A stretch of DNA of 64,000 nt from the human T2T-CHM13v2.0 reference genome, Homo sapiens: NCBI RefSeq assembly GCF_009914755.1, contig NC_060931.1. One strand, 5' to 3'. Positions 16,543-30,052 of the stretch are shown here, piece by piece. The notes under the pieces are model-generated. The model had not been told where the DNA came from, did no database searches, and was given only the letters and a program-made list of their open reading frames with translations. Position 1 is the first letter of the stretch. Every line of letters starts with the position of its first letter. A program made the position numbers and the translations under genes.

Positions 16543-16851
16543 TGCTGGTTATGACTCAATAAAGAGATCTTGTGATTTACTGAAGGGCTTACAAAGATTA
16601 CTAATGTGTCCCTATGCAAAACTGGAAAAACAAAATTTGACTAGTCCAGAGTACAGATAACCACAATGTGTTAGCTGTTAATCAAATGTTCATATTTCCA
16701 AAACACTTATAACCAGACTTGAGCATCAGTCACCACAAATTTTATCAGAGGTACTACAGACTAGTGCTCTGTTTCAACAGTAATTACCATATCAATTTAT
16801 CAACCTCAAATTATAAAGCATTTTAAGTTACTTAGTGTGCATACTTAGTGT
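16543..16851 (+). repeat. Dispersed, diverged copy of 13547-13830 inserted into Charlie1a
   Basis: Shares tgctgg...aaagagat...actgaagggct...atttccaaaac.cttataaccagacttgagcatcagtcac...ttataaagcattt...agttacttagtg with the third tandem unit and its right flank. Confidence 0.9.
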
Positions 16852-17052
16852 TCTTTTCAAAGCAAAGTGTTATTGAGGAGTGGCTTCTTTTTTTACATTT
16901 TTGCAAATATCTTTAGTTAGTGGCTTAATAGAAGACAACTAAATTCTCATATTTTCTTCTAGATTTAATCTATAAGTTGTTTTGGTAAAGGTATATAATG
17001 AAAACCCCGCTTCAGACACGCAATATGGTTGAAAAATTGAGACGTATTTTAA

Positions 17053-17175
17053 TTTTTCTAAGAGATGGGGTCTGCAATGTTGTCTAGGCTAGATTCAAAC
17101 TCCTGGGCTCAAGCGGTCCCTGTTCTCAACCTCCCAAGTAGCAGGGACTACAGGCATGTGCCACCACACGAGATG
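17053..17175 (-). mobile_element. Alu monomer (FLAM-like) inside Charlie1a
   Basis: agagatggggtct...aactcctgggctcaagc...gggactacaggcatgtgccaccac, with tattttaa on both sides. Confidence 0.8.
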
Positions 17176-19437
17176 GAAGTAATATTTTAATAACTTTTTC
17201 TGATAATTATAGATTTATTTATTTTGATACTACCCTATTACTTGACTGGGGTAGTTTCTGGAAGGTTAATGGCAGTGTAGAAGCCAAAACAATGTCAATG
17301 ACCTTTCCCTATACTATTATATTAAAATCCATTGGTCAATTTTGCACTTTAAATGGATCTTTCATCTATGCATCTACTTTTTTCATGATGATTTCCTAAT
17401 ATCATACATTTCTCATCTGGTAAACATTCGTACACTGAGCTGACAGATTTTACTATAGAATATAAAAAATACACTTGTTAATATCGTCACCAATCTCACC
17501 AAAAAAAGTATTTAAGAACGGAAATGCTATCAAGCTCATGGTGATGGAATACATTTTCCAAAATTCTACTTTTTGCTTGAAAGCTCACATTTTATCATTG
17601 GCAACAAATACTGTCAGTTTGTTTCTTTGAAGTGACAAGCTTACTCCACTCATTTTCAAGGAAATATCCACCATATGTCCAAGTTTGAATAAACATAATT
17701 ATCTGTCAGTCATTCCTTCAACTAAAAATGGCATTCCATGAAAAAAGCAACTAGATCAGCTTTCAACCTAACCTCATAAGAGCTTTTCCTTGAAGCAACC
17801 ATCATACTTTAAGGATTAGAAGTTCTTCTTTCTCATCATGTAGAAACCTGGTAAACTGAGATTTAATAAACTTCATAATTTTCCTTGCTTTATCAATAGC
17901 ATTCAGCTGTAACTGGACAGAAAAAAAAACAAAAAACAGGAAGTTCATGGTAGCGAAGAACAGAATGACTAATAACTGTTTTGGTGGTAGTGCCAACATT
18001 CATATTAACACACTAGCAATTCTGCCCACCAGTACTTTTGTGCCAGCAGTGTAGATGTCAACTCAGTGAAAAAGACAAATGATGGTTTAGTATTATGATG
18101 AAAATAGGGTTCATCGTTCTTCACAGTCCCTGAAAATGTCTTTGGGTATCCTGGATGTGTTCAGGTCACACTCAGGAAAATGTTATGCTAAAAGCCTCAA
18201 GTCTAAATTCTTATACCTAACATCCATCCACAATCTTGTTCCACTCTATTGATAACCTTGAGTAAAACAGATTTTTTCACTTTTGTAAAACACACCTTTT
18301 TCCCCTCTCATCTTCTAATTTCACATTCTTCCCAATATTTACAATATATAAATCATTCAATCTTCCAGGAGCCAGTCCAATTCATCGCCATTCCAGATCT
18401 CTGAACTATTTTCTATACTATTGGATATGTACTCACTTATATACTATTTATGATTTTTCTTTGGGAATTAGAATTATCTTCCAAACTAGATTGTCAGACT
18501 TCCAGAGGTGAAGATTTTTAGTTCTTCTGACTTTGCTATAGTATTCTGCACAGTTATGCATATGATAATGATGATAATATCTTGAATTTTATAAATCTTA
18601 ATTTTTTAGTGTAGGTCACAAATACACATGTGCCCCTATTGTATTTGTAGGGAAAACATTTAATATTATAAATTATGTTATCATGTCTTCTACTTTGGGT
18701 AACTAATATATATCAAATATATACTTAATATATTATAGAATATCAATTTATAAAGCAGTGTATAATTTCAAGCATACAAATATGACAATGCAGCCATATA
18801 TAGTGGAAAAAACCTAGGCTAGGAAATAGAAGATCTAAATTTAACTGTCCACATAGTATAGACTTAAAGAAGCACATGGATTTAGAGAAGCCACAAAACA
18901 TATTTGAGTCCCAATGTCTGCAACAGTGAAATGCTTATCCCCGTTCTGATATTTAAATGACGTATTTTATGAGAAAGTTTTTTTTTGAAACAATGTAGTA
19001 ATCAAATGCAATCTTTTGGCATAGCTATTACCCTGAGTCCTGCACATTAACTGCAAATCAATATCAGCTATTAACATAACTACATGCACAGCATGACAAT
19101 TAAAAGAACTAAAGACACACAATGGAGACATCTTTGAGAATTAAATCCAAGTACCTTGAGGTATGCAGTACTTGTCATAGAGGATGATTTGAATATTGGC
19201 AAAGTACTATGTGTGCACAGATTTCATATATAATCCACATAAAGCAAAGACGCCTTATTACCCGGTATTAGTAGTCTAAATCTGAAAGGTGTAAAGAAAA
19301 ACAAGACTTTGAAGACGTATTACAGATTTATACAGGATACCACAAAGAAAGATCTTGTAAAAAATCTTTAGACTTTTCTTTTTCCCTTTAAGGTTTTACC
19401 CTCATCCACAGCAACCTTAATTTCTCTGAAAGTTATG

Positions 19438-19947
19438 TGTCATAATTACTTTTATGTGTTAACTTAACTAGACTTAAGGGATGCCCAGATAGCTGGTAAA
19501 ACATTATTTCTTGGTGTGTGAGTGAGTGTGTTTCCTGAAGAGATGAGCATGCAAAGCAGTAGACAGAATAAAGAAGATCTGTCTTCACCAACTTAGGTGG
19601 ACAGCATCCAATCCAGTGAGGGCCCAAATAGAACCAAGACGCAAAGGAAGAACAAATTCCTCCCCCTCCCCCACCAGAGCCAAGACATCAGAGTTTCTGG
19701 TTCTTGGGCCTTTGAACTCTGAGACCAGTTACTCCCAACCCCCCTGTAGTTTTCAGGCCTTCAGCCTCCAACTGGGAGTGACACCATTGCCCACTGGCTT
19801 TCCTGGTTCTCAAGCTTGCAGAGAGCAGATGGTGAGACTTCTCAGTTTCCATAACTGCATATGCAAATTCCCATACTAAATCTCCTCTTACATATCTATA
19901 TCTGCGGCCTACTGGTTCTGTTTCTGTGGAGAATTCTGGCTAATACA
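19438..19947 (+). mobile_element. MLT2 (MLT2B-like, ERVL) solo LTR
   Basis: aagggatgcccagatagctggtaaaacattatttct...ctactggttctgtttctgtggagaattctggctaataca. Confidence 0.85.
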
Positions 19948-21788
19948 TTACCCTTACCAACATTTGGGTCTTGTTTATTTCATCTTTCTCCTCTTATCCA
20001 AGTTCTCTAATATGACCACCTCTTCATTTCAGACAAGCCCTTGGTAAGGGCACATTCCCTGCATGCTGACAACTGCTGTTCTCTTAAAAATGGTAGCATA
20101 TTCTGCTGAATAAAGCCTTCCATCTTGTTTATAAAATCTTGAAGCCTTAACAGTGGAAAGACTAGCCTTAGAGAGCTTTGGCAATCAATAATCACAGCAT
20201 CTTGACAAAAAAGGGTATTAATAAGCATGTGTCATTTCTTTTAAAATTAGGTTAGAAGAAATAGATCCTTAGAGAACAAGAACTATGCCAATGGACAAAC
20301 GTTCTAGCCTCCTATTATTCAGATGGATATATAGAGGAGGTGGTCTCCATGTTTCAGAGGTCTTAGGAGAGTGGAGGCCCCATGGACTCTAGACACACCC
20401 TTACACACCTCTGCTGCCTCCCCTGTTTCAGTCACAATGTTTCCTCACAGATTCTTCCTCCCAAATAAACTGCCTGCATGCATGTCTATGTCTCAGACTT
20501 CTGCTTTCAGGAAAACTCAGACAATCACCGTCTTTTATGCAGCTTACACTACATTGTAGACTTCTCATATAGGTGATCTCTAATTCTAGAATAATCCTAG
20601 TAGCCTCCCATTTTAAAAATTGGAAAAGGTAATTTAAAGAGGTTAAGTAATATGTCCAAGGCATAGTAAATTCTTTACAGAATCCTGAATGTGAGTATTA
20701 TTTTCGAACCATTCAACTCCAAACTTATACTCTTTCTCCTTTTATGGTAATTTTGTCAATAATAGCCAAAATGAATTGAAAACCTTCTATATGATGTACC
20801 ATTGGAAAGAATGTTTCAAGTGATCAGTGAAGTTTGTTGAATCTATAATTACCCTATCCACCATGATGTCTGAGGTTGAATGTTTCCAACCAAACTGGCT
20901 TATCTTGAAATTTCAAAAATAAGCACTGTTCTACAACCGTTACTAGCATCTTATGGCTTTCATGAAGTTATATACTATTTCACAGAAACATGATTTTCCT
21001 CTCCATAGACCCTAGACAATTTTCTCAATGTAGCCCATCTTCTTTTATTTTAATGAAACTTAATCCAGGACTATTACAAATGTTCAAAAACAAAAGCGTT
21101 TTAAAATAGTGTGTCTATTATCTTCATTTTACAGGGAACTACAATGAAATGGATATTGTTTTTGTCATTTACATTTTCATAAAAACTTTATGTGCTTTTT
21201 CAAAGAACTTCAGTTTAAGAAAAAGATTATTCACAAATTTACAGTGCTTGCATTTTATAAGTATGCAAATGTAAATGTACAGAACTTAACAAATTTTACA
21301 AATTTTCATACCGTTAGAAGTAATGGGGCCTCATACAAACAACAATGAATGGGAAACAAAGACCATGTGAATTCTCCTGATTCTTTTCTTATAGCTTCTG
21401 TGAACCTTTAGCCAATTTATTTTATCTTTCTTAGCCACAGGTGTCATGTTTGTAAAACCATGTTAACAATAGGAAAGGCTGTTGAAAGAATAAATGAGAT
21501 AATATTTGGAAATAACTTTAGCAATATAAGAAAATAATGAATCTGTGGATGTGGAAAGGGTCTCACTGTTTCCTGTCTAGCCTTCAATAAATTTCAGAAT
21601 ATTTTAATCATTCATACAGATCATATATATTTCCACAAGACCTGTTTCCTCATTTATTTGTTTGAATCAGTATCTAAATAGGAAAGTGGACTTCAGAGAA
21701 GAATAATAAAAAAGCCATCCCTTCTTTCATTGCATAGTATCAATTATGCTCAATTCCCACAAGCCTTAAAAATTCAATGATTACATAA

Positions 21789-22310
<522 letters not shown>

Positions 22311-25300
22311 GTTCCTACTAATTCACCTCAAGCCAGTTCTTTATTAATATAGTTGGGTCACAGTAACTATCTGGTAACATTTAACTAAATAGAATTGTTT
22401 TCATAAGAATTAAGATTCAACCCATATTTTGAACTTAGGTATTTTTATTATTTTGGAATCACTGAGTTAACAGATAAAGATGTAAATAGCTTTATAGATA
22501 GGTATTCCTTATATATAGATTTCAAAATTAAGTAATTCTGTCAGATGGACCTCTTTTCCTTGGCAGAGGTGATAGACAATCAAAATGGTAACATAAGCAG
22601 AAATCACAAGTCGACACATGATATATGCATTTGAATATTGCCTGGAAAGCCTCTCCAAGTCCATTAAATTATTTTTCCTAGGGTGAATGTAAAACATATC
22701 AGTATGGGCACCAGCACATGTGCGAAGGGAAGAAAGCATTGGGAAAGTTTGTTTGTGTATTGATTTTGTTGGATAAAGTTGAGAATTTTTGTTTGTTGAG
22801 CTTTGTTTTGTTGAGCTTTGTTTGTTTTTATTAGAGAACAGAGTGGATAAAACATTTTCATCTAGTAAAACTGCTCCACTATGGAATCCCCTTTCCCTTT
22901 TTATGGTTAATAATCTTAATTGATCTTAATCTATTCAAAGTGGAAAATAGAGGGTAGAAAGCATCCAGCTTTAAGAAAGCAGGGCTATGTTACAAAATGC
23001 AACAGCAGGACTAACAGCAGGAGAGACTGGGGTCACTGTCCAGATACAGAGCACAGAGTATCTCACATGTGGTGAGAGAGGGCAGAGTTAGAGCGAAGAA
23101 GCAGAGCAGAGGACAGTGACCATGAGGCTTAGGCGGTTCTGGCTCGAAGAAATTGAGTGAAGTTTCTCTCAGACAGAGAAGAGAGTAGCATGTACCAAAA
23201 GATTAATAGGGATGTGCTAATGGAGCAATGATCATCTTTCCCGGAAGAACAGATTTTAACACAAGATGGGACTGAGCTGTTGAAAATTCTATGGCAACCA
23301 CTATGTGAGAAGAAAATGAGTAGCTGTATGCAATAGCACAGGTCTACAGCTGCGCTACCTTTGACTAACGCAGCCTCCCTAAGTAGAACATGTGAAGCTT
23401 TGCTCCATCAGTGACTAGCTCTGTGACCTTGACAGAGTCCCTGACTTCTATCAGGGTGCTTTTTCATTTTCTAAGTTGGAATAATAATGGCTACCCTAGA
23501 GTTTTCAACTACCAACTCTATATGCAGTTCTCCCTAATCTGTCTTTTACCCAGACATCTATATGGTTCCCTCTGGAAGGGGGAGTAATTTATCTGATCAG
23601 TAAGATTAGACAAAGGCACTAGGAATGCGTAACTCAGCCCTGCCAAGTTTATGTTTTTGGGATCAGCTGGCTGTAGAAGGCTGTCATGAGGAGCAGCTTC
23701 CCTGGCATGACTGGCAGGGGAAGTCACAGCTCTGCGGAGCTGCTTCCTCTCTCTGATAATGAGTCTCAAGAATCACACTCATGGCCACTGGGGAAGCATG
23801 GGGTATTAGGAAGCCAGAGTTCAGCTCTCTAATCCAAGCTCTACTTTCCATCACATATTTACCAGTAATGAAGATGACCATTTTCTCATTCATTTATACC
23901 TCCATATTAATTGTGCAATTGGTTTAGAGTCTGTAGGGAGACAGCAGCATGACTGTAATTCTCACACACTAACAACTCTTCTGATGCAAGTAGTGTAAAT
24001 TGTCACCATTTTTTAAAGTTGCAATATCACCATTAGCTCAAATAGATGCACACACTACTTACTATTATGTAAACAAAACATCATTTCAAACAATCTTAGA
24101 GAATGTCTGCAAACCACACGCAGGTTGTCAGTCATACACTTAATTCTAATGATTTTCAGGTAGCTTTAGGAGCCCTATCATCTATGACATGATAAAGACA
24201 TCCAAAAATTCAAGTCTTGATGTTAATCATTTATATTTTTATCTCTTTAAATAAACAAAAACAGTAAAATATGAGCCCAGAGAAGAAGCATAGTAACTGA
24301 TTGCAAGCACTTAGAAAATGCTTGAGGAAGACAGGTAAATCTTTGACACTCTACTTATTTTCTTTTTATTTCAAAGAGCTCCTAGTACATTTCTGCATAC
24401 ATTACACACACACACAAAGACAGAAAGTAACAAAACACTTCAAGTCTTCAAAAATAGAATTGTACATTTGAATGCCATAGCCACTGCCACTGTTAAAAAT
24501 GCAGAATTTCAAATTGCACTTTTCTTGAAAATACATTGATACTCTGCTGGCTTAGTTTACTAAAATCACAAAATACAACGCCTAAGAGTGTACAAAATAC
24601 ATTCCCTTTGAAGAAAACTGAACATTGGAAAATACTATATACTTGGTTAAAATAGATGACTGCTCGTGAATATGTTCAATTAAGTTCAAAGCAAAATAAT
24701 TTCCTAAGATCTCTTATTAATGGACTTTATAATACCAAAAACATTAAATTAAAAATCAATTAAACAAATAAAATGCAACCCTTACATATTAAATAACTGT
24801 TTAATCTTTCAAGTGGATATGACCTATTAATAATAGAAGCATTTGCAAACTGTGCAACAGTTCTGGTACAGAGCCAGGTCCAAGGCTAAGAGGTCAGGAA
24901 AAAAATAAGAATATGACAGTCCCATGGCATGAAGTTAGGCATCTGAAAACGTGTGTGCTCCAAAACAGAGGTCAGTTAATGGAAAATTTTAGAAGAGAAA
25001 GTTGGGTTAGAGCCAGCACAGCAAGCTGAAATCTGCTCTTACCTAACTGGCAAAGTCAGACCAGAAATACAAGCAAGAATAAGAAAGACACAAATATTTT
25101 AGAACTAAATGAGGTAAGTAGACTAAAATCCATTAATTGGGGGATGCTACTGAGAAGACTGCAATGATGACAGTACAGCAATCAGAAAAGATGTGACACA
25201 TCCAGAAGGATCTCAAGGCCTTTTATCATTTTTATTCTAATTTTGATATTGAGCTGAACTTGGAGTAGAAACCAACTACCCAGGAACTTAAATGTAGAAT

Positions 25301-25917
25301 TCTAATTGGGATTTCCAGTTTGGGTAAGGGAGTATATGAATACACAGTGCCTGCTGAGTAACAAGTTTTAAATTATTATTTTTCATCTGGTCCTCATCAT
25401 TAGGGGTATCAAAAGTTTTGTTTGTAAAGATAGCAACTATCTGGTTAAATTCTTATACTGAGAACGAATGTGTAAAGATCAGCTCAGCCTACTCATGTGA
25501 CAATTGTTAATGAATCCATTAACTCATATCTTTCTGCTTCTTAAGCACATATTTAAATATGCATAAATGTGTGTGTGTTTGGGTAATGAGAAAAACTTGT
25601 TGGCAAGGTGGCTAACGAAAATATCCAATCTCACTAGGCATACGTGCATGCTGATAAAATTGTTTGCACAGTAACTCTTGGTAGATTCAAACAACTACTT
25701 CAGAGTAGAAGCTCAAAGCCAAATACTTCAAAACTGAAGGGACTGAATTCAGTGGTCTTCTAACTGGATTCCACAGGGCTCCAGAGTCCTGAGCTACTTG
25801 ATGAATGTTAGGGTGGGGGTAGTAAATAGGACTCTGACTCTCTGAGCTCTGTTTCTTCTATTTTACACTTAGAGTTTCAGAGAGATTTTATTTTGGAAAT
25901 AATTTTTGCTACTAAAA

Positions 25918-26062
25918 ACAAAAGGAATGCAGAAAGGAAAGGACAGAGAGAAAGGGAGGAAGGAAGGAAGAAAGGGAGACAGTGTGGAAGGAAGGATGGA
26001 TATACGGAAGAAAGGAAGGAGGTAGGAGGGAAGGAAAGAAGGAAAGGGAAGAAACGAAAGAG
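25918..26062 (+). repeat. Purine-rich (GGAA-like) low-complexity tract
   Basis: ggaaggaaggaagaaaggg...gggaaggaaagaaggaaagggaag. Confidence 0.8.
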
Positions 26063-28949
26063 AATCTGCAGATTTTATAGATTAGATAAATGAGGTCTAC
26101 ATACCTTAAGTGACATTTCACACATTCCTGACACAGGTAGAACTAAAACTCAGTCTTCCTTATTCTTCTATGACAAGAAGTATTGATGGCTCCATTTGTG
26201 CTTTTAGAAGAGAAGTTCTCAGATTTTTTTGAGCCAAAGGTTTCAATAGTTCCACTACTGTGAAACCAAGACACATCTGTCACTTGCACTTAGATGCTAA
26301 CAGACTTTTCTGAACGAGGAAATGTTCACTGGAACCATGTTTTTTGCCATCGTTTTTTACTAGAATATCTAATTTGTCAACCTCTCCCTTTGAAGGTAAA
26401 ATCATCCAGAGGTCAGTTGCACTTAAACTATGATTATCACTCAATAACTCGGTGGCTTTGGACAAGTTCTTCCCTGTCTAATCAGTTGCAGAACTAGTAG
26501 GATGGTTGTAGGAGAAATTGGGGTGATGTAGTTAAATCACTTGAGTGTTTCTCAATTGATTTCTCACATTGTTCCTCACAAAAAAGCCTTTTTAGACATT
26601 ATTTTCCTAATCTCCCCCCCACAGGTGAAATTTAAACAGCATACATGCACTGTATACCTCTTTATGTACTGAATGCATATCTGTGCTTTATTCATAATAA
26701 GAGAATGAGTTTTGGATTTTTTTTTTTTTTTTTTGCTGCTGCTGTGCAAATAACCAATTTTAATCCCTTTGGGGGCAATAATGTTATCATTGAGAAGGTA
26801 TGAAATAGGCTAATATTTAATACCATACACAAATAGCAAGGGTTGGGCATAGTGATTATGAGCCAATTTCAGCGTGTGGATAGAATGCAGAGTACCAGAG
26901 AGCCAACATCCCTCCAAAATAAAAGATGCAGCAGATTACAGAAAGATGATGGGGGCACACATGAGAAATACTACTAATTATTACAGTAATGTGTACTGTA
27001 CTATGCTTTCAACTTTACATTTGCCAATTCATTAATTTTCTTAAAAGCCTTAAAAACTATTTAAATATGAGGAAACTTGGGAGCAACAACAGTGGATGGA
27101 GGGCCATCCTTCAAACCTGGGTATGTCTGTCTCCAAAATTCAGGGTATTTTCATTAGCACTCTGACATCTAACTTGGCATTTTAAGCTGCAACTGCCTGA
27201 AGTTACTAATTTCTAAAGAGGGATTCACTGGCTATTCTTGTCAAATGACTGGCTGTGTATGTAGATATATTCGAAATAATATTAGATGGTCCCAGTTGGA
27301 ACTGCCCTGCCTGGACATTCTCCTTGGCCTGTTGATGTCCTTGCCCCATTTCTGTCATTATAACAACCCAATAATTGGTTTAACCTCTTAAAATTATTCT
27401 AGATGGAATGGTTTTTATCCCCTATGAATACATTACAATCTTTCTGTAAATGGTAAATGTAAAACTTAAGGGCTGCATTGCAACGTTGGGTTAAACCCGT
27501 AAGTACTGATGTATAAATGTGAGTCTTAAATGATAGGCAGTAGTAACCTATGATGCTGAGAGTGCCCTATTATAAAACGGAGGGAGAAATGGGCATCAGT
27601 AGATCAGCCATGAAAGACAAGCATTAAAGGGCATTTGTCAGTAGAGTGTAGGTGGGGACCTCTTGCTTCTTGAATGGAACATAAAGTGCAAGGGAATAAT
27701 TGGAGTGCAACAGAAATACATTTTTAGATGAGGGCTAGAAAATCAAGCCTAAGACAAAGAAATCCCTTGACCCTGAAATATCTCCTAGAGAAGAAAAGGA
27801 TGGATTCTGGAAACTTAAGGAACTCAGACACAAGTCTCCAAGGGTTAGATAATTTCATGATGAGAGGTGGGGTCTGAAGCCATAAAAATTCTTGGAAATT
27901 ACCAAAAGACATAGGAGAGCTGTGTATACGGAGGGACAGCTTTGCATATTGAAGCTGCAAGTACTTTAAGAAACTCAATTGTTCTGATGTATATTTGTAC
28001 CTAGAAAACTGTTTCTTATAAAGAAAGGAAAAAAGAAACATCTTGACTGCTCATGCATGATAAACTGTGTGGGATCAAGTAAAGGAAGATAGTATTAAGG
28101 GCCAAAGAGAGGCATAAGCTCTTTCTCAGGACCATAAAAGCAAGGGTATTAGCCTTTGACCCATGACCATTAGTGGGGGCCTCAGAAGATTCTGCTTTCT
28201 GCAAGAGTACCTGGTTTCCAGGGTACCATTTTAATAGACCATAGCATGGGAAGCCCCTTGCTGGCATACCATCATAGACAACTGAAAACGGCTCTACAGA
28301 AAACACTCACTCACACAGGAGGCAGTAAGTCTCCAGAAAAGTTGGGGGACATGTACTGTTGGCTGTCTCTATTGCTTTTGTCTGATTAATGAGCTGGCAG
28401 TTGATGGTAAATATTTTATAGCATAATTTACTTCTTCACTTTTTCCACCTTATTTCTGCCCTGTGCTTTACCAATATATTCAAGCTTCATTGGCAGTACC
28501 TGTAAAAGACAAGCTCTAATGGACATAATGTAGCTAATGTGTCAAATTAGGACTTTCATTATGTGAAATTTGATTATGGGTCATAAATTACGTATTTATC
28601 TTGCATTAACTGATGAAGGTAACTTGTTAATTAGATGAAATCAAAGTTATTGACCTATAGTGAATCTCTTCTACATTTATTGTTGGCATAAAATAAAATA
28701 TCATGACAAGAATACAAATGCATATTTATTTTGTTACTAGATATGTAACATTTTTTAAAAATTCCTGGGAGAACAGATGTGAAATTTGGGAGAATCTATG
28801 AGAGATTTACTCAGAATTCATATTTATTATCTTTTCCGTTTATGAAGTTGTTGTCTCTCAACAAACCTCTCCAAATTTGAATCTCTCCAAATCCACTCTT
28901 CTATATACTCTGTTTGTGGTGCTGGGGGAAGAGTGTCTGCAAACTACAT

Positions 28950-30052
28950 TTTTTTTTTTATTTTCTTAAGGTTCTATTTTATTTTTAATTAACAAACCAC
29001 AATGAGATGTCACCTTCTACCTGTTAGATTAGCTATTATCAAAAGATGAAAGAGCTTAAATGTTGGCAAGGATGTGTAGAAAAGGAAACCCTTCTATACT
29101 CACTGTTGGTGATATTGTAAATTAGTAAAACCATTTTGGAAAATAGTATAGAGGTTCCTCCAAAAAAAAAAAAACTAGAATTATCGTATGATCCAACAAT
29201 CTTACTACTAGGTATAGACCCAAAGAAAATGACATCGGTATGATGAAGGGATGTCTGCACTCCCGTGTTCATTAAAGCATTATTCACAATAGTCAACCTA
29301 AGTGTTGTTTCCATTTGAGTATTTCTACACAGTGAAATACTATTCGGCCTTTAAAAAAAAGGGAATGTCTGTTATTTGTGACAACATGGATGAGCTGGGA
29401 GATATGTTAAGTTAAATGAGCCAGGCACAGAGAGAAAAATATCATCTGATCTCACTTATGCGTGGAATTTAAAAACGTCATAGAAGACAATCTAAAGAAC
29501 TCATAGAAGTAGAGAGTAGAATGGTGGTTACCAGAGGCTGGGGGGAGGTGGGTGGATGGGGAAAAAGGAAATGTTGGTCAATTAGATTGGAGACATAAGT
29601 TCTAGTGATTTACTGCACAGCAAGGTAATTATAGTTAATAACACTGTATTCTATATATACAATTACTATTTGTTAATTAAAAATAAAACTAAAAACAACA
29701 ATTGTATATATTTATGGGGCGTGATGTTTTGATATGTGCGTATATACATATATACGTAGAAAGATCAAATCAGGCTAATTAACATATTTATCACCTCAAG
29801 TACTTATGATTTCTTTATGATGAAGACATTTAAAGTCCACTCTTTCAGCCATTTTGAAATGTACAATACATTCTTATTAACTATAGTCACCTTGCTGTAC
29901 AATAGAACACCAGAACCTAGTCCTCCTGTCTTACTGAAATTTTGTGCCCTTTCATCAACATTTCCCCTTTTCCTGTCCTCTCTCCCCTGCCCCCTCAACC
30001 TCTGGTAACCACCATTCTACTCTCTATATAAATTCCACTTTTGTAAGTTCCA
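28950..30052 (-). mobile_element. L1MA-type 3' end (antisense), split by a sense L1 insertion; pieces about 28950-28995 and 29697-30052
   Basis: T-rich tail plus tttttaattaacaa resumes as aattgtatatatttatgg...ttattaactatagtcacc...ggtaaccaccattctactctct. Confidence 0.75.
28994..29696 (+). mobile_element. 5'-truncated L1MA-type 3' end (sense) nested in the antisense L1MA
   Basis: aaaccacaatgagatgtcacc...tgtgacaacatggatga...agagagtagaatggtggttaccagagg...ttaattaaaaataaaa. Confidence 0.8.

Larger units (their letters stand above)
15438..18186. mobile_element. Charlie1a-like hAT DNA transposon carrying three nested insertions
   Basis: Pieces 15438-15461, 16345-16540, 16852-17052 and 17176-18186 join collinearly into Charlie1a-like sequence (gaaattaaaactgagaaa; ttttatcattggcaacaaatactgtcagtt; ccatgaaaaaagc). 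Confidence 0.8.

Noticed and set aside
17300-18060. Domesticated hAT transposase
   Set aside because: The Charlie1a transposase remnant is broken by stops and indels; the longest ORF is 65 aa.
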